From NCBI GenBank assembly GCA_001661245.1, contig KV454014.1, positions 1,259,989 through 1,323,988 of the forward strand: a stretch of DNA of 64,000 nt. Direction: 5' to 3'. Below are positions 1-12,700 of this stretch, piece after piece; within the stretch, counting starts at the first letter, position 1, and each line of letters starts with the position of its first letter. Below the pieces are notes generated by a model, which was not told the origin of the DNA, searched no databases, and saw only the letters and a program-made list of their open reading frames with translations. This DNA is from Pachysolen tannophilus NRRL Y-2460 (lineage: Eukaryota). Made by a program: the position numbers and the translations under genes.

Positions 1-705
1 TCTCCGGAGACATACTTTTTTCCCTAATCAATGCCATCTCAATCTAAACCGCAAATCACAATTCAATAAATTAAAAAAAAACAATATTTGAAAAATAGTC
101 ATAATCATCATCATCATCATCATCATCATCTTCTTCTTCTACTTCTTCTTCCATCATCTCTCTATCTACTCAATATTGACTTATTCTGCCACGAGCTAAG
201 ATATAAAAAAGTACGTGCCACTAAAAACCCGCTTTTACTATGGCTTTACTATACAATTTATTTAAATTGAGGTTTTACATATATAAAATGGGTTTTATAA
301 AAGTTATAAATCTTTAAATATGTTTAAAATTAAATTTCAATCCATATGAGAGTAAAAATTTTATCAATTTGATTATAAATTGATTTTATCTGGCACCATA
401 TCAGTCACGAATTGTAGATGAGAGAGCTTTTAGTAAAAAGCCGTTGATAGCAGATCGCGGTAGTGCCGATATACACCAAAATGTACTAAAGAGGAAAATT
501 TAAGGTAAGGTACGTTTCTTACTTAAGGTTATTTTTGATATCAGTTCAGTTCAGTTAGTTAATTCAGTTCGATTCAGTTCAGTTTAGTTGTATAATTGCT
601 GAGAGAGCGATAAAAGCATTTAGAAAAAATTTTTTTTTTAAAAAAAAAGGATATTAAAAACGAAAATCTGTAACAAACAGGACAGGTCCTATATACTACT
701 ATTGT

Positions 706-3456
706 TCAATCCATGTTTCGGTAGACATTATTATTGAATAAATCATTACCGAACAAAAGGTCTATTAGTTCAGTATCAAATAGCATGCTATTATCAAAGC
801 TATAGTCTATGGATGCTGGTGTAATATTGACTGGTTGCTGGTCCGTTGACAGGAATTGAGAGTTGCCAATTTTATGTTCTTGATGTGGTTGTAAAGAGTG
901 TTGCGGCAACCCGTATAGTGGCTGTTGTTGTTGTTGTTGTTGTTGTTGCTGATCACTAGCACAAGTGGTGTATTGGTGATTATTATTTTCATTGCCAGCA
1001 ATGTTATAATCAAGTTCCAGTGGGGAATGAGTAATGGTATTGGAAAAATTATTGACTGATGATACGAATGATTTATTAATCTTGCCATCTTTCTTGTTGA
1101 AATCACCAGGAATTGGAGAAGAATTCAACTTTGTTGCATTGATTAACAAATTAATATTACTAGCTTCTTTGTTATTTTGAGGATATTCATTATTTTCGTT
1201 TCTGCTATTCTTTTCATAGCTTCTAATAAGGAAATTTAGATCATTGATTAAAATATCAATTATATCACTGATTGCTTTTAAACTTCCTTTAATTTTATCA
1301 ACATTTCTCTGCTTCATAATATTAATCAAATTAACCGATTCTAACAAAGTATTAAAATTTACCTGATATTTAGTGTTTATGAAATCAACATCCACACTTT
1401 TACTATTTGTTAATAATAAAATATAAGAAACCACTAAGACCATTGTAGCATGATATCCAATGAAAAGATCATTACATAAAGTACCATTGAAAAATTGCAT
1501 TTGATCTTCAAATGCTAGAATTTTCGCAATTTCAATAGAAGAGTTCATACATTGACAAATGAAATCTAATAATGGATCATCATTTTTCAAAATTAAATTA
1601 GAATGAGTGATTAAATATAATAAAAATGGTAATGATAGTGAAATATAGTAATAATGATATTGTAATAATAATGTTAATTTCAATTTACTTACTGGCTCTA
1701 ATTTATAATTTTTCAAATCTTGATCTAAATTGACATACCAGTTGTAAAATTTTCTCTTGATTGTTAAAACTTTTTCCATGTTTGTTAATGACAACAACTC
1801 ATTATTCAAATATAAAGTTTTTCTATATTCTAATAATTCAAACAGCAATTTGCTTAATTCACAATATTGAATATAATATCTTCTGTGCACCGATAATTTT
1901 TCTTCATCAGAATATTCTTCAATTTTCACTTTGTTTGATGTATTGTAACCAATAATACTTGGATATTCAACATTAATATCTTCAATTTGGATACAAGAAG
2001 ATCTCCCCATTTGGTTGCTAAACCGCAATTCTTGTTGAAACAAAGTCCACCAAGTTCTTTTCATTTCTTCCACTTTTACATTATTTGCTGTAATATTTAC
2101 TAATGATTGTCTATGCAAACCCAACGATATGGCTTGACGTGTAGCAAGTTCTAATAAAATATAACCACTTTCTCTTCTTCTTTGACTGTCCATGTACAAT
2201 GATAACAATAGCATACAACGAATACCATCTAAAGTAGGCGTTAAAACTATTTCAGACAAAACCAATTTGATAATGTTGATATATCTATTTATTAACAGTT
2301 CATCTAATTTGCCATTTGAATTTGGATCATTATATAATTTACCCAATATCCATACAATGTAAATACAACAAATCTCGGAATTAGATAGTTGATCAGTTTT
2401 AACAATCAAAGAATTTTGATTATTGTCTGTATCTATATTGATCAAATTCCAAAAAATCTCATAATTTGATCTAAATTTTGTTTCATCAAAACAATAAAAA
2501 ATATCATGTAATTTGGAGAAAAAAGTATCAACGTAAATATCGGCTTCTTTTTTATTCAACAAGTTAACCAACGGGAATTTCCTTAAATCGATATGTTTCA
2601 AAACATTTGGACTTAAAGGTTCTTGCAGGGAACTTATAATATTATCATTTCTAGGTTTTTTGCGGAAATGCGTTAGTGATAGAGCGTTTTTATCATTTGA
2701 AGTTTTCACGATTATATTGAAAATTGTACCTAAAAATGCAGGTGCACCCAATGGCCCAATATAATGGGAATTACCTCTATGGTCAACAATCACCTTATCC
2801 ATTGTGTTAGCTTGTCTTTGGGTACCAGCACCCGTAGCAATATTCTGGATTTGTGAACGTTTTTCAGTCGCATTATTTTCATCATTATTATTATCTTCAT
2901 CTTCTTCATCTTCTTCTTCATCATCATCTTTTACTTTTTTTTGTCTTGTTGAGGAAACTCGTTGAACATCAAAAATAGTTGGATCTGGTTTAACCCTTTT
3001 ACTTGAAGTTAATAATATTGCAATATCTTTTAAACTATTTTCCTCTTCTTTTGATATACCATCCCTGGAAGGCATCTTCAAGTTTAAACTTGTCCCCAAC
3101 TCTATCAAGACATCTATATTATTAACATCTTTATCAGGGTATAACCCACCAACTATTGTAAGCAAACATTTATAATGCAACCCAATATTTTCAATAGGAC
3201 CATGAACTCTTTTTTTCCTCTTTATAGTCGTTGTACATTCCAAATTCGATTTCTTGCACTGAACACAAGCAGTCTTTGTGTCATGTTTCAAATTAGAATC
3301 ATCAGATATTCTTTGACAAGCTATCTTTCTAACTTTACAACGATCACAACTAAATAAAGCCCTTTTCCTATCTTCAGCCTTCACCACTCTTCTCTTTGAA
3401 CTTCTAATATTAGGTGATACAAATTTCGAAGTATACTGCAGCGGTATATTCGACAT
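706..3456 (-). CDS. Zn(II)2Cys6 zinc-cluster transcription factor with fungal-specific TF (middle homology) domain
   Basis: 916-aa ORF. N-terminal binuclear cluster CDRCKVRKIAC...CVQCKKSNLEC. Middle-homology motifs 'ATRQAISLGLHR' and 'EEMKRTWWTLF...MGRSSCI'. Acidic/hydrophobic C-terminal tail. Confidence 0.92.
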   Translation of the reverse strand: MSNIPLQYTSKFVSPNIRSSKRRVVKAEDRKRALFSCDRCKVRKIACQRISDDSNLKHDTKTACVQCKKSNLECTTTIKRKKRVHGPIENIGLHYKCLLTIVGGLYPDKDVNNIDVLIELGTSLNLKMPSRDGISKEEENSLKDIAILLTSSKRVKPDPTIFDVQRVSSTRQKKVKDDDEEEDEEDEDNNNDENNATEKRSQIQNIATGAGTQRQANTMDKVIVDHRGNSHYIGPLGAPAFLGTIFNIIVKTSNDKNALSLTHFRKKPRNDNIISSLQEPLSPNVLKHIDLRKFPLVNLLNKKEADIYVDTFFSKLHDIFYCFDETKFRSNYEIFWNLINIDTDNNQNSLIVKTDQLSNSEICCIYIVWILGKLYNDPNSNGKLDELLINRYINIIKLVLSEIVLTPTLDGIRCMLLLSLYMDSQRRRESGYILLELATRQAISLGLHRQSLVNITANNVKVEEMKRTWWTLFQQELRFSNQMGRSSCIQIEDINVEYPSIIGYNTSNKVKIEEYSDEEKLSVHRRYYIQYCELSKLLFELLEYRKTLYLNNELLSLTNMEKVLTIKRKFYNWYVNLDQDLKNYKLEPVSKLKLTLLLQYHYYYISLSLPFLLYLITHSNLILKNDDPLLDFICQCMNSSIEIAKILAFEDQMQFFNGTLCNDLFIGYHATMVLVVSYILLLTNSKSVDVDFINTKYQVNFNTLLESVNLINIMKQRNVDKIKGSLKAISDIIDILINDLNFLIRSYEKNSRNENNEYPQNNKEASNINLLINATKLNSSPIPGDFNKKDGKINKSFVSSVNNFSNTITHSPLELDYNIAGNENNNHQYTTCASDQQQQQQQQQQPLYGLPQHSLQPHQEHKIGNSQFLSTDQQPVNITPASIDYSFDNSMLFDTELIDLLFGNDLFNNNVYRNMD

Positions 3457-3677
3457 TTTTTCCTTGCAAAGACAAGAACAAAAACAAAAACAAAAACAAA
3501 AATAAACTAATCTCTTAACTTACTATAGATTTCACTAATTAATAATTATAAACTTAACTCTAAGGTTATCTATATTACCATTACCCGAATCTTGACTTAC
3601 TTCTTTTTCATTATCTCTTCCCCGTTTACAATAGCCGCCTAAGTTCGCGGACTAAAAGGAGGAAAACAAAAATAGGC

Positions 3678-3736
3678 AAAACGGAGACGGAAACTTGTAA
3701 AACGGAAATCTAAAAACGGAAACCTGAAAACGGAAG
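3678..3736. promoter_or_regulatory. Array of five direct CGG(A) repeats upstream of the Zn-cluster gene; candidate Zn2Cys6 binding sites
   Basis: CGG at 3682, 3688, 3703, 3717 and 3731, mostly as AAAACGGA, with 14-15 bp periodicity in otherwise very AT-rich DNA. Confidence 0.5.
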
Positions 3737-3977
3737 AAGGAGAAAAAAAATAATATAAAAGAGCCTTTTTTTATAGTTTGAGGATGGATTACATTCTATA
3801 CTACCAATTTTGATTCGTATATAATAAAAGTATTGAATTAAATCTTTACAAATGAGAAATCCCTTCAAAGTAATTAGGAAAGGATAGAAGATTAGAATTA
3901 AAAAAAAAAAAGGAAGAAAAGAAAAGGGATGAAAAGTAATAGAAATCTAAGTAAAATGTGCTGAAAAGTGCGGTCCA

Positions 3978-6900
3978 TCAAGGATCGCTTAGTTTTTTAG
4001 TACATAAAACCATTTCATTTTCAGACAATGATTGGATATATAAGCATCTCGATAATATTTCATTATCCATTTTGAAATTGTATAATTTTGACCATTCGAT
4101 ACACTGTACTAGCGATTTGACTATATTGGCTAATGTTCTGAATTTTGCAAAATTGATTAACTTATCACATGATATATCAGCTATAACGGATTTGTCCTGA
4201 CAGGAAATATTGGAATCATTTGGGCTACAATCTTTAATGAAAAAATTAGGCCTTTCTGCGTTGAAAATTAAATCCGATAAATAAAGACCCAAGAATGGTA
4301 TGCAACCTTTTGATGGTATCAAGTTATTCAATTGATATCTTAAATTCTTAAAGTTATTTAAAGGTGAAGTTATTGTTTCCAAGTTTTTCAAAATCAAAAT
4401 ATCACCTGGATCGACTGAATTCCAAGTATCTCTCAAACTGGATATTTTTGTCGATGTCAAGGCCAACACTATTTGCATTAAAGTTGAAAAATTTTGCAAA
4501 TCTTTACAGTATTGCGCAATGTGAATATATCTGGAAATCACCATTTTTCTTTCAGATTGTTTTTTAGTCAATAAAACTTCTGATATGATCCAATTAATCA
4601 TTAAATTGAATCTTGATATTACAAGATTAACTCCCTTTGTTCTTTCGCTATCTAAAAGTAATTCTAGCCAGCTGTTGATAGGCTCTATTGATTGATTCCA
4701 CCTTTGTTCAATTAATTCCTTCCAATCAATTTCTAATAAAGCATCTTTCTCAATAACGGTAAAGTGTTTTGCTAAAGCTTCAGAGTCATAATTCAAAACA
4801 AATGATATATGAATATCGGAATCCATTATAGAATCAATTGAAAAACAATCATTTTTTGAAGCGATTTTATTATTATCCGTGTTGGATTCTTTGGATTCTT
4901 TGGAAAGTAACGACGAAATTGGTTCAGTTGCTGGTGTCACAACAGAAGATTCACTAGTATTTCTTGCTAACAGGCCATCTTCTTCTTTGTTTGGAGTTGA
5001 AGAATATAACATTCCTTTCACAAATGAACATCTTGTCTTATTCTTTAATTTTTCGTTTGCATCTCCAGGAGATTGCTTGTCGCCAATAAGCAAATCTCTC
5101 ACTTTTGCCAGTAATTTAAGTTCGTCAATACTGCTCGATATATCGTCACTTTCAATTGCGTTGATCTCATCATTCAATCCAAGTATAACCATACCTTGTC
5201 GTTTCTCTTTGACGTATCTACCTTCCAATTTTAATAAAGCATGTTCAATTGGATCATCTCCCAACGTATCATCAGGAATAGCGGCTAGTTCGGCAATAGC
5301 AGTGGAAGTTAGACCTGGAAATGGAAGCATAATAGAGCCACTCGATCGTATTGAGGGAATCATACTGATTCTTTCTTGTGAATCCACAAATTCATTGTAA
5401 TCATCCAGATTCTCACAAAAGTCATCTGTTAACAGACTCTGTCTATTGCACAGTTCCTGTTCATCCATAATGTCGTCATCTAGCATTAACCGACTTTTGG
5501 TGCTCTGGTAATCATCTTGATCAATCTCATCCGGATGTTCTCCAGAGTCAGATTCATTATGCGTCTCCAAAGGACTAAGTATGTTTTGACGAAAAGAGCT
5601 AATATTATCTCCTGAATGTTCTCGTATAATATTTTCATGAACTGACAATCTATATTGTCGAACTAAGTCAAAAAATGAAGAAGATTCTCGCTTAATAATG
5701 TTCATGGCAGATTTACTTACTTTTGTAACACAAAATGGTAAAGAGGTTAAATAGTCTAGATTTTGAAATTCAATCAAGTTTAATTCCAATTGCAAACAGG
5801 TGGATTTGTCTACCTCCTCAAGTTGAAGATTAAAGTTTCCAGCAACATCGGCTGGAATTTGAGCATCCAATTGTTCGGTTTCCAGAGCACTATTTAGCCC
5901 TGTTCTCAAATCATGAAAAGAGTTTTTCTTTTTTAATTTATTCTCGCTATCTTCGTCCTCCCCATCACTATTGCTGAGCCTATTAGTGGAAAGCACCGAA
6001 TCGTATGTGATATATGATGTGACGGAGGTTCCGTCATCGTGATTTCCAATTCTCTGAACTGAAAATCTGTTGTGATTGATATCACCATCACTTATATTCC
6101 GATTATTCTGTTGTAATTGACCATCGGCAACGCACCTTTTATCACCACCAGATTTAGAAGCCGTTGATTCGTTTGTAGACAGTTGCGAGTCGTAAGATAT
6201 ATATGATCTTGCTGAATAGACTGAATAGCGTTTTCTTGAAAAAGGTGTTGGTACGATCTTCAAGAAACAATCATCTGCTATTTCTTGAGATGGTTGTTGT
6301 TGTTGTGGTTGTTGCTGTTGTTGTTCAAATTGGAATATGGCGATGCTTGGAGAACTTGTTAAAGGTGTTGTCAAATTGTTATCAGTTTGCTGGCTGTTGT
6401 CCTCCTCTGAATTCTGGTTATTTTGCTCTTGCTCTGTATGCATTAATTCAGGGACATCATTTGACGCATCAAAAATTTGGTTGTCTCCAATAATAGTACC
6501 ATCTCTATCTTCAACCTCCTTTCCAGTGAGACCATTTGTTATCTTCAAATCATCTATCATGGACGGAACGATATCATCAAGCAACCTACTATCATTGTCA
6601 CTACTTGAAGTTGTGATTTTATTATTGTTGTAATCAAAAACTTCATTTTCGGTTATTACATCCTGACTATTTGTTACAATATGATCATTTTGAGCTCCAG
6701 TTACATTGAAGGAATTGGACCAGTTGAAAGATATCAGCGATGCCTGGAATGAACTTCTTGAATTGTTTATATTACTTTTATTATCGGAAAAATTAATAGA
6801 AATTTTGTCCGGTAAATTTTTAAACTTTCGGCTAAAATGTCTTTTTGTTGGTGATCGTTCAAACATGTTTTCTTGATCACTATTATCCATTTCAGATTCA

Positions 6901-8669
6901 CTTTGATAATCTATTCCATCCTTCATTGGTGTTAATATTGAAAGAACGCTGTTTCTTCTCATATCTCTAATATGAGAGCTTTTGTCTACCAAGATTCGTC
7001 TTGATAATCTTGCTTTAAATCCATCGTCGTTCAACAAATAATGAAACTCCTGAATTGTTCTGGCACTTAATATATCAAGTCTCAAATTTAATTGAGTCAT
7101 ATCAATATTTTTCGTAGAAGCTTTCTGTTCCTTGGCTCTTGTTGTGTGTGATGCTGAGAATTTGTAATGATCGCATGGTTCAATAATGTTGGAAACATTA
7201 TCAATTAATGGACTTAGTTCTTTATTTCCTATCTTGTGATGATGAAAAATGTTTCTCCATGATGATACCACTTTTTGAAATCCTTTTGATTCGGGTTGTT
7301 TCAGCACATTTCTCTTAGACAATTGATGTTCTTGTTGGAAATTTACACGCTTATTAGGTTTAGATTTCAAAGTACTCAATGTGGATGATTTCTTTATTTC
7401 AAAATCCATTTTTTTTACGGGAGTTATTGGAGCAATTTTGTTAATTTTTGAATCTGTGAATACGTCAATTTCCCCATTTACTATAAATCCATCTCCATGT
7501 GAATGATTAGAATCATTTTCTTCTAAAAGTTCATTTTGACTTAATCTTTTCACACCTTTCAAAGGTGTGTAATTGATTTCATTTTGAATAATGTTATTTA
7601 TAGTAGTTTGTTTTAAAGGGTTTTTGTATTTGCTTTTTAAAGAAGTGAGGGAATCTTTTGGATGTAAAAAATGTTTATCATTCTCAACAAATGCTTTTTG
7701 TCTTTTATCTAATTTCTTTTTCATAATATTATTACCATTTTTGAGATTGTTATTGTTGTTTTTGCCATTATTTAGTATCTTTATTAATTTTGGTGGTTGT
7801 AAAGTATCGATAGAGTTACGTGATCCTGTTGGTTTTGATATACTAGCTGGGTAAGAATTAGTTGTGCTTGAATTATGTAATGATAGAAATCCAGATCTTC
7901 TAACTGAAGGGTCATATAACCTTTGAAACCCCAAAAGTGATAGACGAGATTTATTCATATTTTCATAAGGACTTAATTGAAATGCTAGCAATTCTTTTTC
8001 AGGAATATGTTCTGATGGGATAGTGGACCAATATATTGAACATAGATTAATATAAACATTTTTCAATTCTATTAATATTCTTGAATTTATTTCAATTGTG
8101 GGATCATTTAAATTTTTATTATTTCCTTGCAATGTATTACTTATATCTTGTGAAATATTGTTCATAAAATTGACGAATTGAGCTCTCAATTTAAAATTAT
8201 TAATAAAATCATCTTGAAAATAATTTAATAACCAATGTCTTAATGTGACAAAAGTTCTCACTAAAACTAATTTACGACATTCTTGTTTTTCAATATATGT
8301 CTTTTCTTCATTATTTTTATCGGTAGAAAAATCCAAAGCCCATAACAATCTTGTTAATAACAGTTGTAACAATACTTCTGAATTTATGAATAATCTATAT
8401 GTTAAGAAAAAATCTAATAGAAATTGATAATCAATAGTATTTGGTGAAGTTAATTGAACAACTATTGCCTTTGCCGTTGCACATGTGAGCAATTGTTGTT
8501 TCTTATTATCTCTTGAAGCTGAAAACCTTATTATAGTGGAATCTGTTGGAAAAGGATAAAGTGAGGGATCGTCAAATATCCCAATATCCATGTTTTCAGC
8601 TGATGAATGCAAATTGTCAAGACCTCCATGACTTATAGACAGTTGTTTATAACTGTTTTGTGCCTCCAT
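3978..8669 (-). CDS. LTE1: Lte1-type Ras-GEF domain protein (mitotic exit regulator)
   Basis: 1563 aa. N-terminal RasGEF_N/REM motif (FLLDFFLTYRLFI...RTFVTLRHWLLNYFQDDF), long disordered middle, C-terminal CDC25 domain (IEKDALLEIDWKEL, QNFSTLMQIVLAL, GCIPFLGLYLSDL). Confidence 0.9.
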   Translation of the reverse strand: MEAQNSYKQLSISHGGLDNLHSSAENMDIGIFDDPSLYPFPTDSTIIRFSASRDNKKQQLLTCATAKAIVVQLTSPNTIDYQFLLDFFLTYRLFINSEVLLQLLLTRLLWALDFSTDKNNEEKTYIEKQECRKLVLVRTFVTLRHWLLNYFQDDFINNFKLRAQFVNFMNNISQDISNTLQGNNKNLNDPTIEINSRILIELKNVYINLCSIYWSTIPSEHIPEKELLAFQLSPYENMNKSRLSLLGFQRLYDPSVRRSGFLSLHNSSTTNSYPASISKPTGSRNSIDTLQPPKLIKILNNGKNNNNNLKNGNNIMKKKLDKRQKAFVENDKHFLHPKDSLTSLKSKYKNPLKQTTINNIIQNEINYTPLKGVKRLSQNELLEENDSNHSHGDGFIVNGEIDVFTDSKINKIAPITPVKKMDFEIKKSSTLSTLKSKPNKRVNFQQEHQLSKRNVLKQPESKGFQKVVSSWRNIFHHHKIGNKELSPLIDNVSNIIEPCDHYKFSASHTTRAKEQKASTKNIDMTQLNLRLDILSARTIQEFHYLLNDDGFKARLSRRILVDKSSHIRDMRRNSVLSILTPMKDGIDYQSESEMDNSDQENMFERSPTKRHFSRKFKNLPDKISINFSDNKSNINNSRSSFQASLISFNWSNSFNVTGAQNDHIVTNSQDVITENEVFDYNNNKITTSSSDNDSRLLDDIVPSMIDDLKITNGLTGKEVEDRDGTIIGDNQIFDASNDVPELMHTEQEQNNQNSEEDNSQQTDNNLTTPLTSSPSIAIFQFEQQQQQPQQQQPSQEIADDCFLKIVPTPFSRKRYSVYSARSYISYDSQLSTNESTASKSGGDKRCVADGQLQQNNRNISDGDINHNRFSVQRIGNHDDGTSVTSYITYDSVLSTNRLSNSDGEDEDSENKLKKKNSFHDLRTGLNSALETEQLDAQIPADVAGNFNLQLEEVDKSTCLQLELNLIEFQNLDYLTSLPFCVTKVSKSAMNIIKRESSSFFDLVRQYRLSVHENIIREHSGDNISSFRQNILSPLETHNESDSGEHPDEIDQDDYQSTKSRLMLDDDIMDEQELCNRQSLLTDDFCENLDDYNEFVDSQERISMIPSIRSSGSIMLPFPGLTSTAIAELAAIPDDTLGDDPIEHALLKLEGRYVKEKRQGMVILGLNDEINAIESDDISSSIDELKLLAKVRDLLIGDKQSPGDANEKLKNKTRCSFVKGMLYSSTPNKEEDGLLARNTSESSVVTPATEPISSLLSKESKESNTDNNKIASKNDCFSIDSIMDSDIHISFVLNYDSEALAKHFTVIEKDALLEIDWKELIEQRWNQSIEPINSWLELLLDSERTKGVNLVISRFNLMINWIISEVLLTKKQSERKMVISRYIHIAQYCKDLQNFSTLMQIVLALTSTKISSLRDTWNSVDPGDILILKNLETITSPLNNFKNLRYQLNNLIPSKGCIPFLGLYLSDLIFNAERPNFFIKDCSPNDSNISCQDKSVIADISCDKLINFAKFRTLANIVKSLVQCIEWSKLYNFKMDNEILSRCLYIQSLSENEMVLCTKKLSDP

Positions 8670-9732
8670 GGCCCTTCTTAAAACTTTCTTATTTGTTGTT
8701 TATTTGTGCATATAGCGTTTAACGGAAGCTAAAGGGAATAGAATCAAATAAATATTTTTTAAAAAAAAAAACCAACAATAATCAAGCTAAATTTGAGTTA
8801 ATTGATTTCGTGCCCTTAATTAAACCTTGATATTAATTTCTTCAAGTCCAGAACAACTTTTGAAAAAGCTATATGATATATCAATTCAATAATCCTTTTT
8901 TTTCTCTCTATCTCTTTTCCTCTTTCTGCAAAATAGCAAAATTCTCTCAGCTCAGAAATTATTTGATATATCCCACTGAAAGCTCGATTTAAAATCTAGC
9001 TATATAATAAGTAGCAGAAGATAAAAAGAAAAAACAAAAAAACAAAAAACAAAAAAACTTGGAAAATACAACCTTTGATATTCAATCCCAAGTCAAACAG
9101 CTTCCTTATTTATTTAATAATATAATTACAACGGCGGTTAATGGATTTTCTGCTCTAAATTTTTTTCTTTTTTTATTTTTTTTTTTCCTTTGTTTTGTTA
9201 GAATCAAGGATACTTTTGTTTACTTTAGATTTGATTGTAAGATTTCATTGTTTACATTTTTGATAGTTGTTGTGTTTACAAGTTTCCTGATTTGGAACTT
9301 CTTGTAACCACGAACACTACTGAATGGAATAACTTAAATTGAGATATCATAATTGGATGACTAAGTGAGTAGAGTAGTAAGTGATGTTCGATTTATCAAA
9401 ATGAAAATAGCTTTGTATTATGAGTTAAGTAGCCTTTAAAGAGAAGAAATCGTAAATACATATTCTACAAAAATCAAGAAAAAAAAATAAAAAAAAAAAA
9501 AAAAATCAAAACAAATAACAAAACAAAACAAAAAAAACAAGAGAGTATCATAACATAATATAGAATTTGAAAAGTATTCTAATAATCTGAAAAGCCAAAG
9601 TGTAAGTAAACAAAGTGTAAAAAATATATATAAAAAAAAAAAACTCCTATCCTATCCTATCCAGTCCTTTGCTGGCCAATAGTGGCCAATGTTATTATTT
9701 ATGGGTATGTGAAATATATCTTTTTTTTTCTG

Positions 9733-12700
9733 TTAAGACCAGCCCAATGAGTTTCTTTGCTGTACTGGAACACTTATTTTACGGGCGTGATGTCTTGATG
9801 GGTCCGTTTGAAGATATGTAGATTTAGACCCAGAAGATGATGGGCTTCTGTGAGAGTGGACAAACGAGTTGTGAGTTGAGTTTGTACCAGCAGTAGAAGC
9901 AGCAGCAGCTGCTGCCGCTGCAGCAGTGGCGGGGGTAGCTGCGGTAGCTGCACGGTATACCGAACTATATACATTGCTTCCATTACTGTCACTGTGATAA
10001 TGATGGTTACTATGGTTATTATTATTAATATTATTATTTGTTGGTGTGGTTGCATTGCTATTATTAGCGAAAATGTTACCGCTGTTACCACTATTATTAT
10101 TACTGTTATATCCGAATTGTAATGAAGAAGAGTTGGTACCATTTGGTGGTAACCTGATTTGACCAAAAAACAGGTTTGAATTCCTGCTTATTACTTCATC
10201 CATTGATAAAGGTCCCGTTCCAGAAGTATCGCTAGAGTCTGTGTTCAATACCAATTTCAAATTTTTCCCCCTCCTAATTCTGAATATAACTATCATCAGT
10301 ATAAAATAAACAATACAACCTCCTACTGTACCTATTACTATTGCCACAATTTTTTTATCTTTAGTAGAAGTACTAGTAGTACTGCCAGTATCTGAATCTT
10401 GTCCTCCAATTATACCTAGTTGTTCCAGAGAATATTGACCTTCGCCACTAGAATATGGATCCAATGACGCCTCTGAATTGGAGCTGCCTGTTTCAACATT
10501 TGTAGAAGTAGACACTAAACCAACCAATGGAACACTCGGATCAACTAAATTGGACAATGCAAGTTCAGTCAGATCAGGATTATCATAAAAACTAGAACTT
10601 ATATTACCAATTAACAATTCTAGTTCACTAACATATTTCGAAGGAAAATAAACTTCAGCAACTGTAATAACGTAACTAATACCAGAAGCAGTATACGGAA
10701 CTAATTCTTTGACAAATATTGTAGAATTATCAACGTCACTACCAAATGGATACAGTAAAGAATTTGGTAAATATTCAAAAATTTGTGCAGAAGACAAAGA
10801 GTTTTGAACAACAAACTCAAAATTCAAACCTTCAGTAAACCCAACAGTAATCAATTCTGAATCCAAAGATGGAACTTCGGTTTCCAGTGGAGCAATTGCT
10901 TTTGGAAGTATTGTGGCATATCCACTCGATACACTGGATGACACAGTAGAACTAGAAGTAGTGGTAGCTTGAGTGACAATGGTTTCTGGTAACCAATTTG
11001 TAGTAGAAGATGTAGTAAAAAGTGAAGAGGCGGTACTTCCAGAACTACCTGTAACCGTAGTGCCTAGAGGAATTACTCCTGAAACATCAGAAGATACACT
11101 TGATGCAGTAGCGGAAACAGAACTACTTGAAGTAATGACCGATGATACCACACCAGAAGTTGTCTCACTCAGTCTAGTTAGTGAGACTCCCGGGATTGAT
11201 TGCCCAGAAGATAAAGATGTCGATGTTTTCAGACTTGCCACTGATGAAGTCAAAGAAACAATATCATTTGATTTGGAAGTACTTGAGCTGCCACCTGCAC
11301 TAATTATTCCAATCGAAGTACTCCTTGTGCTTTCAAACGAAGAATAAGAAGCTGAAGATGTTTGCAATGAAGATTGTTCCTGAAACGAACCGGAAGCTGT
11401 TAGTTTTGATGTTTCAGAACTAGAGGCTGTTTCTGAGCTGAAAGCGACAAAAGCAGTACTAATTCCTGAAGAACTAGCAGACGATGACGGTAATGACGAA
11501 AAAGAAGCAGTCTCAGTAGTGGCAACCAAACTGCTTGAACTAGTTGATGCTAAAGTATTAAAATCACTAGAGGATGATAAACTGCTTAAAATGTTCAGAT
11601 ACAAGTTGGAAACAGTAGAACTGATATCATAACCGGATTCGCTATAAGAAGCAGAAGACGATATCGACGATGTTTCCGTGGTAATTGATAGCTCTGAAGT
11701 TGGTGAAGTTGTAAAAGAGTTTGTGCTTGTGTAATCAACTTCTGTGCTAGAGGATTCAAAGTCATCATACAACCCAAGACTTTCAAAACTTGAAGTGGTT
11801 GAGAAAGAATTCACCAGTGATGACAAAGATTCTGTTGACGATATTGACGACGACTCCGAAGAAGACAGGGAGTGTCCTGACAGTTCCGTTTGAATGAATG
11901 CATTAGTGGCTACTATTGCTTCGGAGCTGCTACTTGCAGTGATACTTTGAGAAATACTGGTGCTAAACGAAAAAGTCGAGCTCTCTGAGACTGATGAAAA
12001 TGTTTCCGATGTATCGAAATCAAAACTAGCACTTGAAGTTATAGATGATAATACATCAGATGTAGATGTTGGTATAAATTGTAAGCTTGATGTAATCGAG
12101 GAAGATTCCACTGCCAGTATATAGGGCAGTTCGGAAAAGTCATCTGAAGTACTACTTGTTAAGCTGTTGGATTCAGAAGTACTTGTAGAGATACTTCCAA
12201 ATAAAAATTGGGACGATGTCAGCGAAGTTGAAACCCCCTGCAAAATAGCAGAACTATCACCATAATCTGAATCGTCGTATGACGAAGTTGAGGAAGTTGA
12301 TTCCAAAGTTTGCATTGGTGTCAGTGTATAAGAATAGCTATTAGTCAGTTCAGAACTTGTATAATATGACTCTTCTATCGAAGAGTCTGATCCTGTAGAG
12401 TAACTGTCGTAAATTGAATCCTGTGAGCTTGAACTAATGGAAATAAATAAATCTGGAACCAGTATTGCTGGCTCCGATGAACTGCTGGAGCCAGTATATG
12501 TTGGTGACAATGACGAAGTAGTTGATAACGATGATGAAACGATATCGAGATCAGTCGAAGAGGAAGTTGAAGAACTGGTATAATAGTATGGATCGATATC
12601 TGAAAAATCGTTATCACTTGAAGAAGGGTTATAACTGTAGGATACAGCATCGGATGTTTCTGATTCTGAAGACGTATATGATGATGATGAAGTAAATGCT

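Noticed and set aside
1..37. Possible start (ATG at 37 or 13) or GTATGT donor of a minus-strand gene leaving the window
   Set aside because: Too little sequence to decide.
88..270. 60-aa His/Leu-run ORF
   Set aside because: TTG start, and made of (CAT)n/(CTT)n microsatellite; no coding signature.
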